DNA of 64,000 nucleotides from Microbotryum violaceum (Eukaryota): NCBI GenBank assembly GCA_001244265.2, contig LN717261.1, positions 1,875,591 to 1,939,590 of the forward strand, read 5' to 3'. Shown piece by piece: positions 62,764 to 64,000 of this stretch (position 1 is its first letter; each line of letters starts with the position of its first letter). The notes under the pieces were generated by a model. It saw only the letters and a program-made list of their open reading frames with translations, ran no database searches and was not told where the DNA came from. The position numbers and the translations under genes were made by a program.

Positions 62764-64000
62764 ATGGCACCTCCCTCGGGCGCACGCAAGCGATGGACCG
62801 CACGCAAAGCCACCCATGGGCAACGTAGGCGGTGGACTTATCACCACCCCTTTACCGGTGCCGACTCCGCCTACGCGCTCGAACCAGGAAGCCCCCTTCT
62901 TTCTCTCCCATGACGACGACGACGATGACGACTCGGATGAGATGGACATGGTCACGGGCCTTTTCCCCTCCACCACGGTTGAGTTGAATGGACAAATCAG
63001 TCGCCCTTCGGTCTCTGCTACGACACTGGCTCAACGGCGGCTGCGGGAAGGCTCGCTCGATTCGAACGCTCTCGATCTCGAAGACGACGATCCTGACCGG
63101 GCCTCCTCAGCTTCGGCTTTGCCCCCTCCGCCTCCAAAACGACCCAAAACGACCAAAGCCACGACAGCCAAGACAGAATAATTCAAGGGGAAACAAAATG
63201 AATTGCTGTTCATCCCTCGGTCGAGTTCCCACCTCATTTCGTCAAGTTGGAAAAGACGTTCAAGGTGGGGCACCCGCGCGTCTTGACATCGCGTCGGCCG
63301 CGTCGAAATTTGACATTCGCGGGAGGAGGCATTGTCGGTTCCTTTGCCAGCGGCTGACCATTCTTTGTACGACCAGGCACTCAATACGGTCTACACGTTC
63401 GTACAGACGCGTAAATCTTTGGCTACGACGTTCGACATCCTCAAAGGATCCGTCGAATCCCTCATAAAGAGGTGAGCCTATCCTCTCCTCTCCTCTCACA
63501 CCTCGTTCTTCCCCTGAGGAACACACTGGTCTCACAACGCAGACCCCTCGAGATGCACGACATTGCGCAAATCAAATCACTTCTTCTTCAACTCATCACC
63601 TTTGCCTACATCGACGCCGAGATGTTACGTATTCATTCCACCTCCGCCAACCCATCCGGTCACGATGGAGCAGAGGACGATGCTCGGTCAAGACGGATGA
63701 AGAAAGCGAGGGAACTGGACGGGGCGTATGCTGAGGCGGCTGCTCAAGTACAAGAGGTTGGAGGTAGTGATAATAAGAAGGAATCAGTCGCATTAATGTT
63801 CTCGTTCAATGATGGAGAGCTCAAGTCAAGTAACGGGGTCGGGAAAGTGATCACGAGGAAGTGGCAGTGAGTGGCGCGAATTGTCTTGGGAGATGAAGCA
63901 GAATTCAAGGCTGCTCACGTGACGCTTGAGCCTCAGACGCAAGAAGCATGAAAAACATCAACAAGAGATGCAGAGACAAAACTCGGCCGAGGGCAAAACG
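62764..64000 (+). pseudogene. HRQ1: HRQ1-like (RecQ4/MrfA-type) helicase, N-terminal part, apparently disrupted; runs off the window
   Basis: EFPPHFVKLEKTFK|ALNTVYTFVQTRKSLATTFDILKGSVESLIKR|PLEMHDIAQIKSLL...FAYIDAEML...LMFSFNDGELK resembles fungal Hrq1 N-termini. In-frame TAA at 63179-63181 plus a frame change near 63200. The helicase core is not in the window. Confidence 0.7.

Overview
Eukaryotic, intron-rich fungal DNA. Gene content, intron signals and TE families suggest a basidiomycete, probably Pucciniomycotina/Microbotryum-like; this is inference. About half the window is mobile DNA. It holds a full-length L1/Tx1-clade LINE whose 5' ~0.8 kb is inverted and which sits inside a cysteine-rich secreted-protein gene. 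It also holds seven pieces of one non-autonomous Helitron family, orphan ends of a second Helitron family, three Ty1/copia fragments, and decayed DDE-transposase, exonuclease and Ulp1 remnants. Host genes that look intact are an Hsp70-like (HSPA12-type) ATPase, DCN1, an EMC5/MMgT-like gene and two unknown proteins. Genes that look damaged are an O-fucosyltransferase-family gene, an HhH-GPD DNA glycosylase, an HRQ1-like helicase and the secreted protein. Three signals stand out: (1) a twin-priming-type LINE insertion whose removal rebuilds the secreted-protein reading frame exactly; (2) a ~21 kb head-to-tail chain of Helitron ends enclosing host genes; (3) stuttered, non-canonical 5' Helitron termini built from TTACCCTAACTAG/TTACTACC micro-units. 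Splice models were read by eye, and apparent lesions could be assembly errors.
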